Sequence record: MF327004
DNA: 64,000 bases
Source: Shigella phage Sf17
Strand: one strand, 5' to 3'
The position numbers were made by a program, and so were the translations under genes. Below are positions 38,856 to 49,411 of the stretch, piece by piece; the first letter of the stretch is position 1, and every line of letters starts with the position of its first letter. The notes under the pieces were generated by a model that saw only the letters and a list, made by a program, of their open reading frames with translations, was not told the DNA's origin and did not search any database.

Positions 38856-41234
38856 ATGGCTGAATATAAGCTAAGTGAGCTAAACAGTATTGATACAGTT
38901 CGCTCAGAAGATTTACTTCACCTAAGAATTATCAAAAGGTCTGATATGCTAGGTGATGAAGACCGTAAAATGACCTATGCAAATTTCCTTGCCTCTTTCA
39001 AACTAGAAAGATTCTTACAACTAACTGGTGGGGATATGACAGGGAATCTTGGCATCGTTAAATTAAGATACGGTGGAAAAGACTTATTAGACCCAACAGG
39101 TTCTTCTGAGGTTATTCTCGGTGACACTGCCAAGACCTTTAGAATTAATGCAAGTGCTTTAAGATTAACTGTAAATGATGCCACAAGGTCTGCAACAGTT
39201 TATCACACACTTAATAAACCATCTCCTAATGAATTAGGTATGAGAACTAACACTGAAAATGATGCAAGATATGCTATGAAGGAAACTGAAAATACCTTCT
39301 TGGCAAGACAAATCATTAATATCAACGGTGTTGGTTTGACACTTAAAAGTATCTTACCAGATGGTGGAGCATATATTGAAGCAAGAGATTCAAATAATGC
39401 TTTGAGATTCACAGTTGGTAACTTGACTTCTGGTACTGATGTTACATTAGTTAACAGCAAAGGTGCTACGTTGACTCTTGGTACAAACTCTGTTAGTGTT
39501 GACAAGAACTTTGAAATCAATGGTCAGGTTCAGCCTAATAACTGGAATAACCTTGATGCAAGATTCTTTACACAGACTGCTGCTGACCAGAGATTTGCAC
39601 GACTTAATGCAAGTAATAACTTTGTTGGGGTTAACAACTTCAACGGGAAGACTTACGTTATTGCAGATAGTAATGCACTTAACTTAAGAGCGGCTACAGA
39701 GAATGCTGCATTATTTATGCGTGGTTATAACAGTGCTGGGACAGGTGCTTGGTATGTAGGTCAACCAGATGGTACGCAGTCTGAGGTTGTTTTAGCAAAC
39801 CAGATGACAAATGTTAACTTGAAAATTGCTACAGAGTTTTCATTTAACAAAGCTATCAACGTAACTGGTCAGGTAAAACCAAGTGACTTTGCAAACTTTG
39901 ATACAAGATATGTTCCAAGCTCTTTAACGAACGTTCTTGCAAGAACTAATGCTGCAAACGTTTTTACTAACCCACAAACTATTGTTACTACAGATGCGGC
40001 TTTCACATTGCAAAGTGGGACAGCTAATTCATCACTGTATATTGTTGGTGCTAATGCAGACGGCAATAGACGTTGGTATGTTGGTAACGGTGAAGGTAGC
40101 AGACCAAATTCCCTGTTCCTATACAACTATTCAAGTGGTGGTGTGCAGTTAGAAATTGCTGAGACTTTCATGTTTAATAGAAGCGTATCAGTATCTGGTC
40201 AGGTTCAGCCTACAGATTGGACAAACTTTGACTCAAGATATTACACACAATCTGCTGCAAACTCAAGATATATGTTGTCTGGTGTGTCTGGAACTGGAAC
40301 AGAAGTAGGTGATGCAACAGGTATTGCTTGGAATTCAAAAACAGGTTTGTACAGTGTTACAAATTCAACTGGTGGGTCTACTCACTTAGTTTACCAAATG
40401 CACCTTGGAGTTGGTACATCTACACCGACTGCACAGTTTAAATTTAACTACAAGAATACTGGAATCTATTATAGAACAGCAAGGGATGGATTTGGTTTTG
40501 AAGAGGTTTGGGCTAAAATCTACACAGACCAAGACAAACCTACACCCTCTGAACTTGGTGCTTACACCAAGGCTGAAGTAGACCAACGTATTGCCTCTGC
40601 GGTAACTGATTCTACAGACCTCAAGAAAGTGTATCCAGTAGGAATTGTGACGTTCTTTGCTTCTAATGTCAACCCAAATACAGCTTTCCCAGGCACTACT
40701 TGGACTTACTTGACAGAGGGTGCAAACAGAACTATTAGAATCGGTTCTGCAAATGGTTCCGATGTGAAAGGGCTTGGTGGTGCTGATACAGTTGCATTAA
40801 GTGTTGGTCATATTCCTGCACACACTCATAGCTTCTCTGGAACAACAAGTACATTTGATTATGGCACTAAGTACACAGACGCTCAAGGTGCTCACGACCA
40901 TGACAGAGGTAACATGGAAATCTCTGGTGACTTTGGTTTCTTCAGAAGTGATGCAAATAGCTTCTATACAGCAAGTGGGGCATTCGCTATCTCAGGTTCA
41001 CAAGCCTCTAGGGGTTATACTGGTTCACAATTCACTTATGGTACACCTGTCAACTTCTACGCATCAAGAACTTGGACAGGGAGAACAAGTTGGGTAGGTG
41101 CTCACGGTCACGGTGTAGGTATTGGTGCTCACAACCACACATTCAGTGGTAACACTGGTGCAACTGGTTCTGGTGCAGCATTCAGTGTTCTTAACACTTA
41201 CATTAAATTAATGGCTTGGGTAAGAACTGCATAA
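38856..41234 (+). CDS. long tail fiber protein with three internal repeats and C-terminal His-x-His region
   Basis: Three repeats GQV(Q/K)P.(D/N)(W/F).N(F/L)D.R(Y/F); C-terminal AHTHSF, GAHDHD, GAHGHGVGIGAHNHTF; ends ...MAWVRTA. Confidence 0.65.
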   Translation: MAEYKLSELNSIDTVRSEDLLHLRIIKRSDMLGDEDRKMTYANFLASFKLERFLQLTGGDMTGNLGIVKLRYGGKDLLDPTGSSEVILGDTAKTFRINASALRLTVNDATRSATVYHTLNKPSPNELGMRTNTENDARYAMKETENTFLARQIININGVGLTLKSILPDGGAYIEARDSNNALRFTVGNLTSGTDVTLVNSKGATLTLGTNSVSVDKNFEINGQVQPNNWNNLDARFFTQTAADQRFARLNASNNFVGVNNFNGKTYVIADSNALNLRAATENAALFMRGYNSAGTGAWYVGQPDGTQSEVVLANQMTNVNLKIATEFSFNKAINVTGQVKPSDFANFDTRYVPSSLTNVLARTNAANVFTNPQTIVTTDAAFTLQSGTANSSLYIVGANADGNRRWYVGNGEGSRPNSLFLYNYSSGGVQLEIAETFMFNRSVSVSGQVQPTDWTNFDSRYYTQSAANSRYMLSGVSGTGTEVGDATGIAWNSKTGLYSVTNSTGGSTHLVYQMHLGVGTSTPTAQFKFNYKNTGIYYRTARDGFGFEEVWAKIYTDQDKPTPSELGAYTKAEVDQRIASAVTDSTDLKKVYPVGIVTFFASNVNPNTAFPGTTWTYLTEGANRTIRIGSANGSDVKGLGGADTVALSVGHIPAHTHSFSGTTSTFDYGTKYTDAQGAHDHDRGNMEISGDFGFFRSDANSFYTASGAFAISGSQASRGYTGSQFTYGTPVNFYASRTWTGRTSWVGAHGHGVGIGAHNHTFSGNTGATGSGAAFSVLNTYIKLMAWVRTA

Positions 41235-41242
41235 TTACCTTG

Positions 41243-41300
41243 TTGACTAACTGTCAAGATGGTGTTAATATTTCTTAGTAGGTATTCTCACCATCTTGGC
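41243..41300 (+). promoter_or_regulatory. intergenic region with palindrome TTGAC-taact-GTCAA and 10-bp inverted repeat CAAGATGGTG...CACCATCTTG
   Basis: Operator-like dyad overlapping a TTGACT -35-like box. Confidence 0.35.
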
Positions 41301-41320
41301 TCAAGAAGTAAGGTGATTAA

Positions 41321-41515
41321 ATGCCAACCATTCTAGCAATCCTCATGAAAAACCTTGGGGCATTCTTTTGGAAGCTTCTTTTTTCTCTTCTCAGTGAATA
41401 CATGATTGAAAAAGTGTTCTTTAAGCTTGCAAGATACCTTGCGAGTAAAACAGATACACCTATTGATGATGAATTTGTAGATACCTTGGAAAAGGCTTTT
41501 AAAGGTGAGAAATAA
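41321..41515 (+). CDS. small membrane protein (holin-like candidate)
   Basis: 64 aa, one predicted transmembrane helix (ILAILMKNLGAFFWKLLFSLL), charged C-terminus. Confidence 0.4.
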   Translation: MPTILAILMKNLGAFFWKLLFSLLSEYMIEKVFFKLARYLASKTDTPIDDEFVDTLEKAFKGEK

Positions 41516-41889
41516 TGAAGTGGCTTGAAGATGCTTTTAAGAATAATATTGGTGCAATCGTTGTAGGTATTTTCAGTGTAATTGGTATGTACACTACAAT
41601 GCAGGTCTCTGATGGTAAACAGGAAGTGTCTATCACAAATAAGTTACAGCAGTTGGATGGTTACTCAAAAGGTAACTATTCAGCTATTCGTGACTTACAA
41701 TCTGATATGAAGCTCCTACAATTAGGGATGGAGAACCAGAAAGTTCAGCTAGAGAATGTTAAGGGAGAAAACGCTAAGTTGACTAAGACCCTTGATAAGT
41801 TCTCTGACAGTGTTAACAACTTAGCACAATCTGTATCAGCTTTGCAAGCAATTACAGAACAAAATACCCAAAGCACTAAAAAGAAATAA
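41515..41889 (+). CDS. membrane-anchored coiled-coil protein (i-spanin-like candidate)
   Basis: N-terminal transmembrane helix (IGAIVVGIFSVIGMY) followed by ~100 aa helical/coiled-coil region. Confidence 0.4.
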   Translation: MKWLEDAFKNNIGAIVVGIFSVIGMYTTMQVSDGKQEVSITNKLQQLDGYSKGNYSAIRDLQSDMKLLQLGMENQKVQLENVKGENAKLTKTLDKFSDSVNNLAQSVSALQAITEQNTQSTKKK

Positions 41890-41894
41890 TTCTA

Positions 41895-41925
41895 AGGCTC
41901 CTTTTTACGGGAGCCTTTTTTGTTT
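41895..41925 (+). terminator. rho-independent terminator at convergence of late operon and minus-strand block
   Basis: AGGCTCC-tttttacg-GGAGCCT followed by TTTTTTG. Confidence 0.65.
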
Positions 41926-42825
41926 CTACTTACCTACTGATAAAGGTGCTTCAATCTTACCAGCATGTTTATACCCTTTCAACCCACCTAGGAAGTCATC
42001 TGCTGTCATATGTCTCAAGTCTTCAAGAGACTTCAAATCTTGATGAATTTCAAACTTAGGTGCTGGGAACTCTTCATTACCAAGAAGCTGAAAAACCTGT
42101 GACATATGGTTCTGGTAGATTTGAGTATCACCATAAGTCCCTACCAGATATCGCGGTGTATACCCCGTCAGTTTACACAACACTTCCAAGATAAAGGCAT
42201 AGGAAGCAATGTTAAATGGTAATCCTAAGAACGTATCACAAGAGCGCTGATACCATTTCAAATCTACCTCATTAGTGTTCGAGATGTAAATCTGAAAAAG
42301 TACATGGCAAGGTGCTAATGCCATAGAGTTACTTGATATATCTGCTGCATTCCATGCGTTAACGAGCATGTAACGGTCTGTAGGAGACTTTCTCATCTTC
42401 TCTACAAGATTACTCAACTGGTCTACAACAACTCCACCATGACCTTCGTAGGCTCTCCATTGGACTCCATAGATTCTTCCTCCAGCGTCCTCCAGCCAAT
42501 CATTCTCTGTAGCATAGGTTGTTTTCAACCAACGTTTAAAATCATCTGTCCAGATAGTCCAACGCTCTCCGTCATTCTCCCCCCAAGTTCTGTAACGCAA
42601 ATGGCCTAGTTGGTTTTCACCGTTCATAAACCATAATGCTTCACCGAGGACTTGACGCATAAACGTTTGTTTTGAGGTGATTAATGGAAATCCACTACGC
42701 ATATCAAAACGGAACTCAGGTGGAGCAAAGGTAGAAATCACTGAGCCAGTTCTGGTTTTACGCAACTCACCAACTGATAAAACATGGTTTAAAATAGCTT
42801 TGTAGCTTACATCTGCTTGTGACAT
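41926..42825 (-). CDS. thyA: thymidylate synthase
   Basis: Motifs ALAPCHVLFQIY (active-site Cys) and QRSCDTFLGLPFNIASYA (Asn retained, so dUMP-specific). Confidence 0.9.
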   Translation of the reverse strand: MSQADVSYKAILNHVLSVGELRKTRTGSVISTFAPPEFRFDMRSGFPLITSKQTFMRQVLGEALWFMNGENQLGHLRYRTWGENDGERWTIWTDDFKRWLKTTYATENDWLEDAGGRIYGVQWRAYEGHGGVVVDQLSNLVEKMRKSPTDRYMLVNAWNAADISSNSMALAPCHVLFQIYISNTNEVDLKWYQRSCDTFLGLPFNIASYAFILEVLCKLTGYTPRYLVGTYGDTQIYQNHMSQVFQLLGNEEFPAPKFEIHQDLKSLEDLRHMTADDFLGGLKGYKHAGKIEAPLSVGK

Positions 42826-42826
42826 A

Positions 42827-43372
42827 TTAGAAAAGCCCTCTTACTTGTGGAACATAGGTATCAAACACCACAGACTTATCTTCTGAAGGTTTGGACTGTA
42901 CTTTAGCAAATAAATCTGTGTCATACAAGTACTGGAAGAAACCCTCATAAGGTAGCTTGACAGTAGCCTCTTCAGTAACTTCCTTAATAACACTGTGGAA
43001 AACTACGTCAGCATACGGCAAAGCTGAGATTAAGATATTGGCTCCACCGATTACTAAAACATCTTCATCAATAGAGCTATCAATATACTTCAGGAAAGCC
43101 CCAAAAGCTTCAGGCTTAACTCTTGCTTTACAATGAGAGTCATCTTTAAAATCCAGACCATAAAAGTCAAGAGAGTTTGTCAAGACAATGTTCTCACGGT
43201 TTGGCAAAGGCTTGCTCCCAAGAGTCTTCCAAGTTTCGCTACCCATCAAGACTAACTGGTTAACAGTCTGCTTCTTAAACTCTGCCATATCTTGTTTATT
43301 ACGAGGCCAAGGCATTCCAGTAGCTGTGCCAAACTCCCCGTTAATACCACTTGCAAAAATTAACTTAATCAT
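42827..43372 (-). CDS. folA: dihydrofolate reductase
   Basis: MIKLIFA...GMPWP...LVLMGSETWKTLG...PLPNRENIVLT...VIGGANI matches DHFR core motifs; adjacent to thyA. Confidence 0.85.
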   Translation of the reverse strand: MIKLIFASGINGEFGTATGMPWPRNKQDMAEFKKQTVNQLVLMGSETWKTLGSKPLPNRENIVLTNSLDFYGLDFKDDSHCKARVKPEAFGAFLKYIDSSIDEDVLVIGGANILISALPYADVVFHSVIKEVTEEATVKLPYEGFFQYLYDTDLFAKVQSKPSEDKSVVFDTYVPQVRGLF

Positions 43373-43641
43373 TTTGTAAATCCTTTGATAATGAACCAGT
43401 TCAGAACACGCTTCACAATCCTGTTTGGATGGTAAATAAGGTGGGGTTGTGGTTCATAACTTCCATAAGCCCAAAAAGATAAAATCTTTCCACATCCACA
43501 GCAACGGGTGTACTCTTCAGCGATATTGCCAGAGACAATCTCTGAAACTTCACCTTGGAAGTTCTCACCTCCACAATGGCAGCATTTAACTGGCTCACCA
43601 TCATTCATGTAACACTGTGATACTCCGCTTAAGATTTTCAT
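43369..43641 (-). CDS. zinc-ribbon-like Cys-rich small protein
   Basis: Paired Cys clusters CCHCGG and CCGCG about 30 residues apart. Confidence 0.45.
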   Translation of the reverse strand: MKILSGVSQCYMNDGEPVKCCHCGGENFQGEVSEIVSGNIAEEYTRCCGCGKILSFWAYGSYEPQPHLIYHPNRIVKRVLNWFIIKGFTK

Positions 43642-44153
43642 TTTTTGTTTACCTTAAAAGTGCGTTCAAATTTTAGTATGAAATCAAGGTCATCAACTTC
43701 ACTTGACAGGAAGTCTTCAAAGTGTTTTGGAACAAAGTCTAAGAAACTCATAGAACCAAAATCACCTGTCAGCTTGATAGTGCCTTGTTCACACTCAGCA
43801 GTTACTACATGACCACCTTCAGTTTGCTTAACAATCTCTACAATATCAGCTATGAAGATGTTTAGCAATGCTTTAAAACTTCTTGGATACTGTGTATCTG
43901 AGTACAGTTCAATACTTGGCTCAAGATTAACTTCAATAGAACGACTATCCCGTAGCTCTGGAGTAAATAAGTGAGCAGGAAGAACACACAGAGAATCAGC
44001 AGTGTCTTCATCAATGAACTCAATAGTTCCTGCATCATAGTTAGTGTCAATCAAGAATGTCTTCTCAGTATGATTTGTGGACTTCATATGCTCAGACAAC
44101 ATTGATTTCAAGAACTCTGCTTCAGGCTGGCAAAGGGTAATTCCAATTTTCAT
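43638..44153 (-). CDS. hypothetical protein (171 aa)
   Basis: ORF with 4-nt overlaps to neighbours. Confidence 0.5.
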   Translation of the reverse strand: MKIGITLCQPEAEFLKSMLSEHMKSTNHTEKTFLIDTNYDAGTIEFIDEDTADSLCVLPAHLFTPELRDSRSIEVNLEPSIELYSDTQYPRSFKALLNIFIADIVEIVKQTEGGHVVTAECEQGTIKLTGDFGSMSFLDFVPKHFEDFLSSEVDDLDFILKFERTFKVNKK

Positions 44154-44154
44154 G

Positions 44155-44658
44155 TTAAACCTCTACAAAAGTATCTTTGTCATTATCGTACTTGAAGAAT
44201 TTTATACACTTTTGTGTCTTCCAGTCAACCTTTTCATCATAAGCAAGACCTTTTGCTACACGCTTTCCAATGGTCTGTATAATGATTTCACGGAGTTTTT
44301 CATATTCCTTCCAAGCTCTTGATACAACAGTTAGGTTATATTTGCGATAACTTTCAACAGATTGTTCGTTATAGCGTATCTCCATAGGGCTTGCAGGCTT
44401 GTACAGATGGGGTAGTAAATCCCAACCCATATGCCCTTCTTCTTTGGCTAGTTCTAGTTGGTGAAGATATTCATTCAACCGTCCATCTTCCTCAAGCCAC
44501 CTGTGAAGTGTCTGCAAGCCTAAGATATTGTTGTTAAAGTGTGATGCACGTTTCACAGAACCTAAATCACAACGATAATCTGACTTTGGTAGTGATAGTA
44601 TACTGCCTTGCAATACACTGTACCCAAAGTATAAATCGAGTTTTAAGGGAAGAGACAT
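44155..44658 (-). CDS. hypothetical protein (167 aa)
   Basis: ORF in minus-strand block. Confidence 0.5.
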   Translation of the reverse strand: MSLPLKLDLYFGYSVLQGSILSLPKSDYRCDLGSVKRASHFNNNILGLQTLHRWLEEDGRLNEYLHQLELAKEEGHMGWDLLPHLYKPASPMEIRYNEQSVESYRKYNLTVVSRAWKEYEKLREIIIQTIGKRVAKGLAYDEKVDWKTQKCIKFFKYDNDKDTFVEV

Positions 44659-45002
44659 TTGATATCCTCATTTTTAAACACAAAAGTTGTATAGTTGTGA
44701 CCATCAACATCTAACCAGACAGCCTTGACTTCAACACCATCTAGGTTCTCTGACAACTCTTTGATGAAGTGGTCTCGCACCTTTTTAGCACTTGTAGTTT
44801 CAAGTTTGATGTTAGAGATTGCAGAGCCAATTGCCATATAACCTCTTACACGATTTGCTTCAGTATGCTTCATACCACCAGTTGTGTAAACCTCTTTCAA
44901 GGTCTCCAGAATTGCATTACCATAAAGCTTCTCTGCTGGAGTTGGTTTACCATAGAAGCCAATTGCAAAGTTATCGTTAAAGATTGCATTTTCACGTTTC
45001 AT
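44643..45002 (-). CDS. hypothetical protein (119 aa)
   Basis: ORF in minus-strand block. Confidence 0.45.
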   Translation of the reverse strand: MKRENAIFNDNFAIGFYGKPTPAEKLYGNAILETLKEVYTTGGMKHTEANRVRGYMAIGSAISNIKLETTSAKKVRDHFIKELSENLDGVEVKAVWLDVDGHNYTTFVFKNEDIKCLFP

Positions 45003-45003
45003 A

Positions 45004-45303
45004 TTAATCTGCCAGCCTTAAGTTAAAGTTTACACCAAGTTTTGTACAAGCATTAAGCATGTACTCTAAAGAAATCTTTTGAGGGTCGTTAATGATATTT
45101 GACACACGACTCTGTGAGATTTCACAAACAGTTGCTACTTGAGCCTGAGAAAGTTTTAGCTTCTCAATCTCTTTAGAGAATCTGAAAGATACAAAATCTT
45201 TCATCTCTTCTATATCCATTGGACAGATATAACTCTCCATTTCCGCCTCTCTATCAGCCTCCCAAGAATCTTGAGGTGCATATGGGTCAAAGACTTCATT
45301 CAT
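45004..45303 (-). CDS. putative helix-turn-helix DNA-binding protein
   Basis: C-terminal segment LSQAQVATVCEISQSRVSNIIN resembles XRE-type helix-turn-helix. Confidence 0.4.
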   Translation of the reverse strand: MNEVFDPYAPQDSWEADREAEMESYICPMDIEEMKDFVSFRFSKEIEKLKLSQAQVATVCEISQSRVSNIINDPQKISLEYMLNACTKLGVNFNLRLAD

Positions 45304-45499
45304 CTTTCTTTCTCCGTTTTCGAGAAGTGTCTATTAACGAATCAAGATTAGTTGCTCTGACGTTTTCACGAGTCCCATTGATGTAGTTATCTAAAGACTC
45401 TACAACGGTTGAATAATCACTTGCCCAAACTCTGTAAATAACTACTCCGTCATCATCGACTACTTCACCGTAGTCTACTCTACAGATGTTCTTCTTCAT
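45296..45499 (-). CDS. hypothetical protein (67 aa)
   Basis: ORF overlapping start of the HTH gene. Confidence 0.4.
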   Translation of the reverse strand: MKKNICRVDYGEVVDDDGVVIYRVWASDYSTVVESLDNYINGTRENVRATNLDSLIDTSRKRRKKDE

Positions 45500-45501
45500 G
45501 A

Positions 45502-45882
45502 TTATAAACCCATGCAGTGACGATTTTCAATAAAGTATTGAACACCTTTGAAAGACTCACGCATAAAATTATCTTTCACATCTTCTACAGTTTCGATACC
45601 TTTACTATCAAGAAGGTCAACGTTCTGAGTAACCATCTCATCTGCTAATCTGTCATAGTAATCTCCCATAAAATGGTAGTTGTAGTCAACCATCTTATCA
45701 GTCATTTCTTGAACAGTCTGAGCAGATAACGGTTTAGTTAACTCTCCAGCATTTGATGCAATTTTCTGTACAATCTTACAAGATTCTAAAGCAACACCAC
45801 TAAAGTTTGCTTCAGGCATCTTCATAGCTGCTGCACTAAAACTCATACCAAGAGCAATGATACCAACAAGTAACTTTTTCAT
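45502..45882 (-). CDS. secreted/periplasmic protein with Sec signal peptide
   Basis: N-terminus MKKLLVGIIALGMSFSAAA with predicted cleavage after AAA; two Cys in mature part. Confidence 0.55.
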   Translation of the reverse strand: MKKLLVGIIALGMSFSAAAMKMPEANFSGVALESCKIVQKIASNAGELTKPLSAQTVQEMTDKMVDYNYHFMGDYYDRLADEMVTQNVDLLDSKGIETVEDVKDNFMRESFKGVQYFIENRHCMGL

Positions 45883-46239
45883 AACTACCTCCTATATAAA
45901 ATTTTGTATACATTTGAGTATAAAAATAAGCTATAACACCTGACTTGTCAACAGATTTTATAGCTTATTTGGCAGATTTTTTATAAGGCTACTGCCATCC
46001 TTCCGCACCCGACCTGACCTCGCCCAACCTTACCTGACTGAACCACACCCGACCAAACATCACTTAAAAACCCTTTTCAAAGACTCTTAAGTGATGTAAT
46101 CGAATTTTTATGTAGCTCCGATTAACTACCCATACCTAACCCCACCTTGCCACACCGAACCAGACCAAACCCAGCCTCATTAAAAGACCCTTTTAAAGAC
46201 CTTTTAAAAAGGAGCCTCCGAAGAGGCTACCTAGTCAAC
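45883..46239. repeat. structured non-coding region A (C/A-rich tracts plus three hairpins)
   Basis: Shares with region B: 10-bp-stem hairpin CATCACTTAA...TTAAGTGATG, hairpin with conserved loop ttttaatgtagc and 3-prime AACTACCC, AT-stem hairpin TTAAAAG-acccttttaaagac-CTTTTAA, and ACC-rich tracts. Confidence 0.6.
46211..46232 (-). terminator. rho-independent terminator (minus strand) after gene 46240-46680
   Basis: Minus strand AGCCTC-ttcg-GAGGCT followed by CCTTTTT. Confidence 0.55.
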
Positions 46240-46680
46240 TTAGAAAGGTTTTCTACGTTGCTTGTTAATGTTAGCTTTCATGGCAGCTAAATGGTTTTGC
46301 TGTTCAATCAGTCGTGAACGTTCTTGATGACTAAGTACCATAGTGTTCACATTCTCAATCGCTTGAGTGGCTTGTTTTAAAGCACGACCAATCTTACTAG
46401 ACATTTTACGTTTTGCAATAGTTGCTTGATGTTTAGGTTCCACCACACGATAACCAACACCCATTGAAGTGACCAGATAAATCTTCTCTTCTTTAAGAAG
46501 CTTCTCAATAAACTTCTCAAGTCGATTTAGGCGTGTAAGTGCGTAAGCTTTCATTTCATCTTCGTACTTAACAATGTCACCTTGATAAGTCGGCTTCACA
46601 ATACCTAAGAAGGTGTCCATCTCAGAGTGTGATACAGTATCACCGTAACTGAACTTTGCTGCTAATGCTTTTGTATTCAT
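46240..46680 (-). CDS. hypothetical protein (146 aa, basic C-terminus) in repeat-bracketed cassette
   Basis: ORF; no recognisable motif. Confidence 0.5.
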   Translation of the reverse strand: MNTKALAAKFSYGDTVSHSEMDTFLGIVKPTYQGDIVKYEDEMKAYALTRLNRLEKFIEKLLKEEKIYLVTSMGVGYRVVEPKHQATIAKRKMSSKIGRALKQATQAIENVNTMVLSHQERSRLIEQQNHLAAMKANINKQRRKPF

Positions 46681-46682
46681 AA

Positions 46683-47640
<958 letters not shown>

Positions 47641-47850
47641 CCGTTGGTTTATGCTGCTCAGTATACTCACCAAATTTTCTATGTCAACAACTTTATATTA
47701 AAAATTCTCTGACTACTGCATTTACTACAAATGATAACAGAGTAAGGGCTAAGGCTGATTTGTATGTTATGCTTAACAGTTTACTTATGAAGTAAGATAA
47801 TGATAAAACAACAAAAACAAACAGGATAATTGCGCTAAACATGCTAACCT

Positions 47851-48951
47851 CTATTCATAATCTCGTATAACAAGCCCAACAGGGAACTGTAAAGACCCCT
47901 TACGAGTCATCTTCTGGAACTGAACCGTTAAAGGCTTCCCGATAAACTCTTCAGGATGTTCAGCAAGATACTTTTTCTTCTCGTGTGTAGTTTTCCATGA
48001 AACATCTACAAAGACGTTAGGAAGAGTCTCTACAACGAACTTACCATGACCACGTTTATCAGTCTTTACACCAGTTACTTTAAATTCCTGTGTGTGCATC
48101 TTCTTGTGCTTAATCAGGAAGTAAGAGCGATGACCACACTCATAGAACGAATCTGGTGAGATTGACCGATACATTGCCCCTTCAAACTTGAGTTTAACCC
48201 AGTTGTCATGAGCATTATCAAATTCTTCCCAAGAGTTAACACGGATTGTCTGAACAGGTACAACCCTGCAAGCATCACCGAGTTCAACGATTGGTGAATT
48301 ATCAATAACTTCACGACGCTCAGGCCAAGATTTAGTCTTGTCACAGATATCATACCAGTAGAATTTAAGAAGGTGACGGTCTGGATTGTCAGCATTCTTA
48401 ATCATAGATACAATATCTTCCAAGTCCCAACCATGAGCATAAATCTCCCCGTCGAAATCCTCAACATCTTTGTGCAGTTTCAGCATAAGAAGAACATCAG
48501 GAATCAACTCTACAGGAATGTTGTATACCGTGTTCTCACGAGAATATGCCGTAAAACTTTCTGAGTCAGCATCTCTTGAAATCCTGCAACGAACACCATC
48601 AAGTTTAGGTTGAGCATCGGCAGGGAATACCAGATACTTCTTGTGACTTATCTTGGAAGCATCCTGAGCAAGCTGTACACCAACCTTCTCAACATTCTCT
48701 GCTTCAGATTTTGTGTAAGCATATCCTTTACGGTCAACCTGCTTCTTGTACTTAGCAGCAACTTCAAAGAGAGCTTGCTGTTCAGCATTACGCTCATTCT
48801 TTTTACCGATGTTCTTAGGTTCTGCTGTGTACTCTTCAAACATCATCTTGCCATTTTCTTTACCATAAGTTGTGACGACTTTATCACCTACAGCAACACA
48901 TGACCAGACGTTGAAAGAACCATCTTTATTTTGTTTGTACAGAATTGTCAT
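47851..48951 (-). CDS. ATP-dependent DNA ligase
   Basis: Adenylation motif I PKLDGVRC; 366 aa, similar in size to T7-type ligases. Confidence 0.8.
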   Translation of the reverse strand: MTILYKQNKDGSFNVWSCVAVGDKVVTTYGKENGKMMFEEYTAEPKNIGKKNERNAEQQALFEVAAKYKKQVDRKGYAYTKSEAENVEKVGVQLAQDASKISHKKYLVFPADAQPKLDGVRCRISRDADSESFTAYSRENTVYNIPVELIPDVLLMLKLHKDVEDFDGEIYAHGWDLEDIVSMIKNADNPDRHLLKFYWYDICDKTKSWPERREVIDNSPIVELGDACRVVPVQTIRVNSWEEFDNAHDNWVKLKFEGAMYRSISPDSFYECGHRSYFLIKHKKMHTQEFKVTGVKTDKRGHGKFVVETLPNVFVDVSWKTTHEKKKYLAEHPEEFIGKPLTVQFQKMTRKGSLQFPVGLVIRDYE

Positions 48952-49154
48952 TTACGTTTCCCACCAATTTCTACATCAATAACTTGTGTGTCTCCACAAA
49001 CATCAAACTTATGAATGATATTCTCTACAGTGTAAGTCCAACCATCAATCCTTACCCATTCACCTTCTCGTGGCACTATTGGGTTACGTTGTGCTACAGT
49101 TGTAGTTGAGTGAACAACGTCATACTTATAGATAAAATTTACCAGAACCTGCAT
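48948..49154 (-). CDS. hypothetical protein (start trimmed from 49205)
   Basis: Internal ATG avoids 50-nt overlap with upstream lipoprotein gene. Confidence 0.35.
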   Translation of the reverse strand: MQVLVNFIYKYDVVHSTTTVAQRNPIVPREGEWVRIDGWTYTVENIIHKFDVCGDTQVIDVEIGGKRK

Positions 49155-49155
49155 A

Positions 49156-49401
49156 TCAATATCCTCCATCAAAAACTGTGGTGTGTGACTGACTATTCTT
49201 CCCATACTTGTAAGAAGTTGTAGTCTGAGAATTTGGGCAGCGAACTACAATAACATCCCTGCTAATGGCATCACCATTAAGCTTATAAATCTTGCAGTCT
49301 TGCATTTCTGGAGGAAGTCTGTAAGAGGCATCCTTATTCTCATAAGAAGGGTTGCACCCCACCAGTAAGACTACTAAAGCTGGTATCAATAATTTTAACA
49401 T
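49156..49401 (-). CDS. putative lipoprotein
   Basis: N-terminus MLKLLIPALVVLLVGCNPSY: signal peptide with lipobox-like LVGC. Confidence 0.55.
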   Translation of the reverse strand: MLKLLIPALVVLLVGCNPSYENKDASYRLPPEMQDCKIYKLNGDAISRDVIVVRCPNSQTTTSYKYGKNSQSHTTVFDGGY

Positions 49402-49411
49402 TTTAAACCTC

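Noticed and set aside
41926-42825. dCMP hydroxymethylase instead of thymidylate synthase
   Set aside because: The specificity position in LPFNIASYA is Asn, as in dUMP-specific thymidylate synthases, rather than the Asp expected for a dCMP hydroxymethylase
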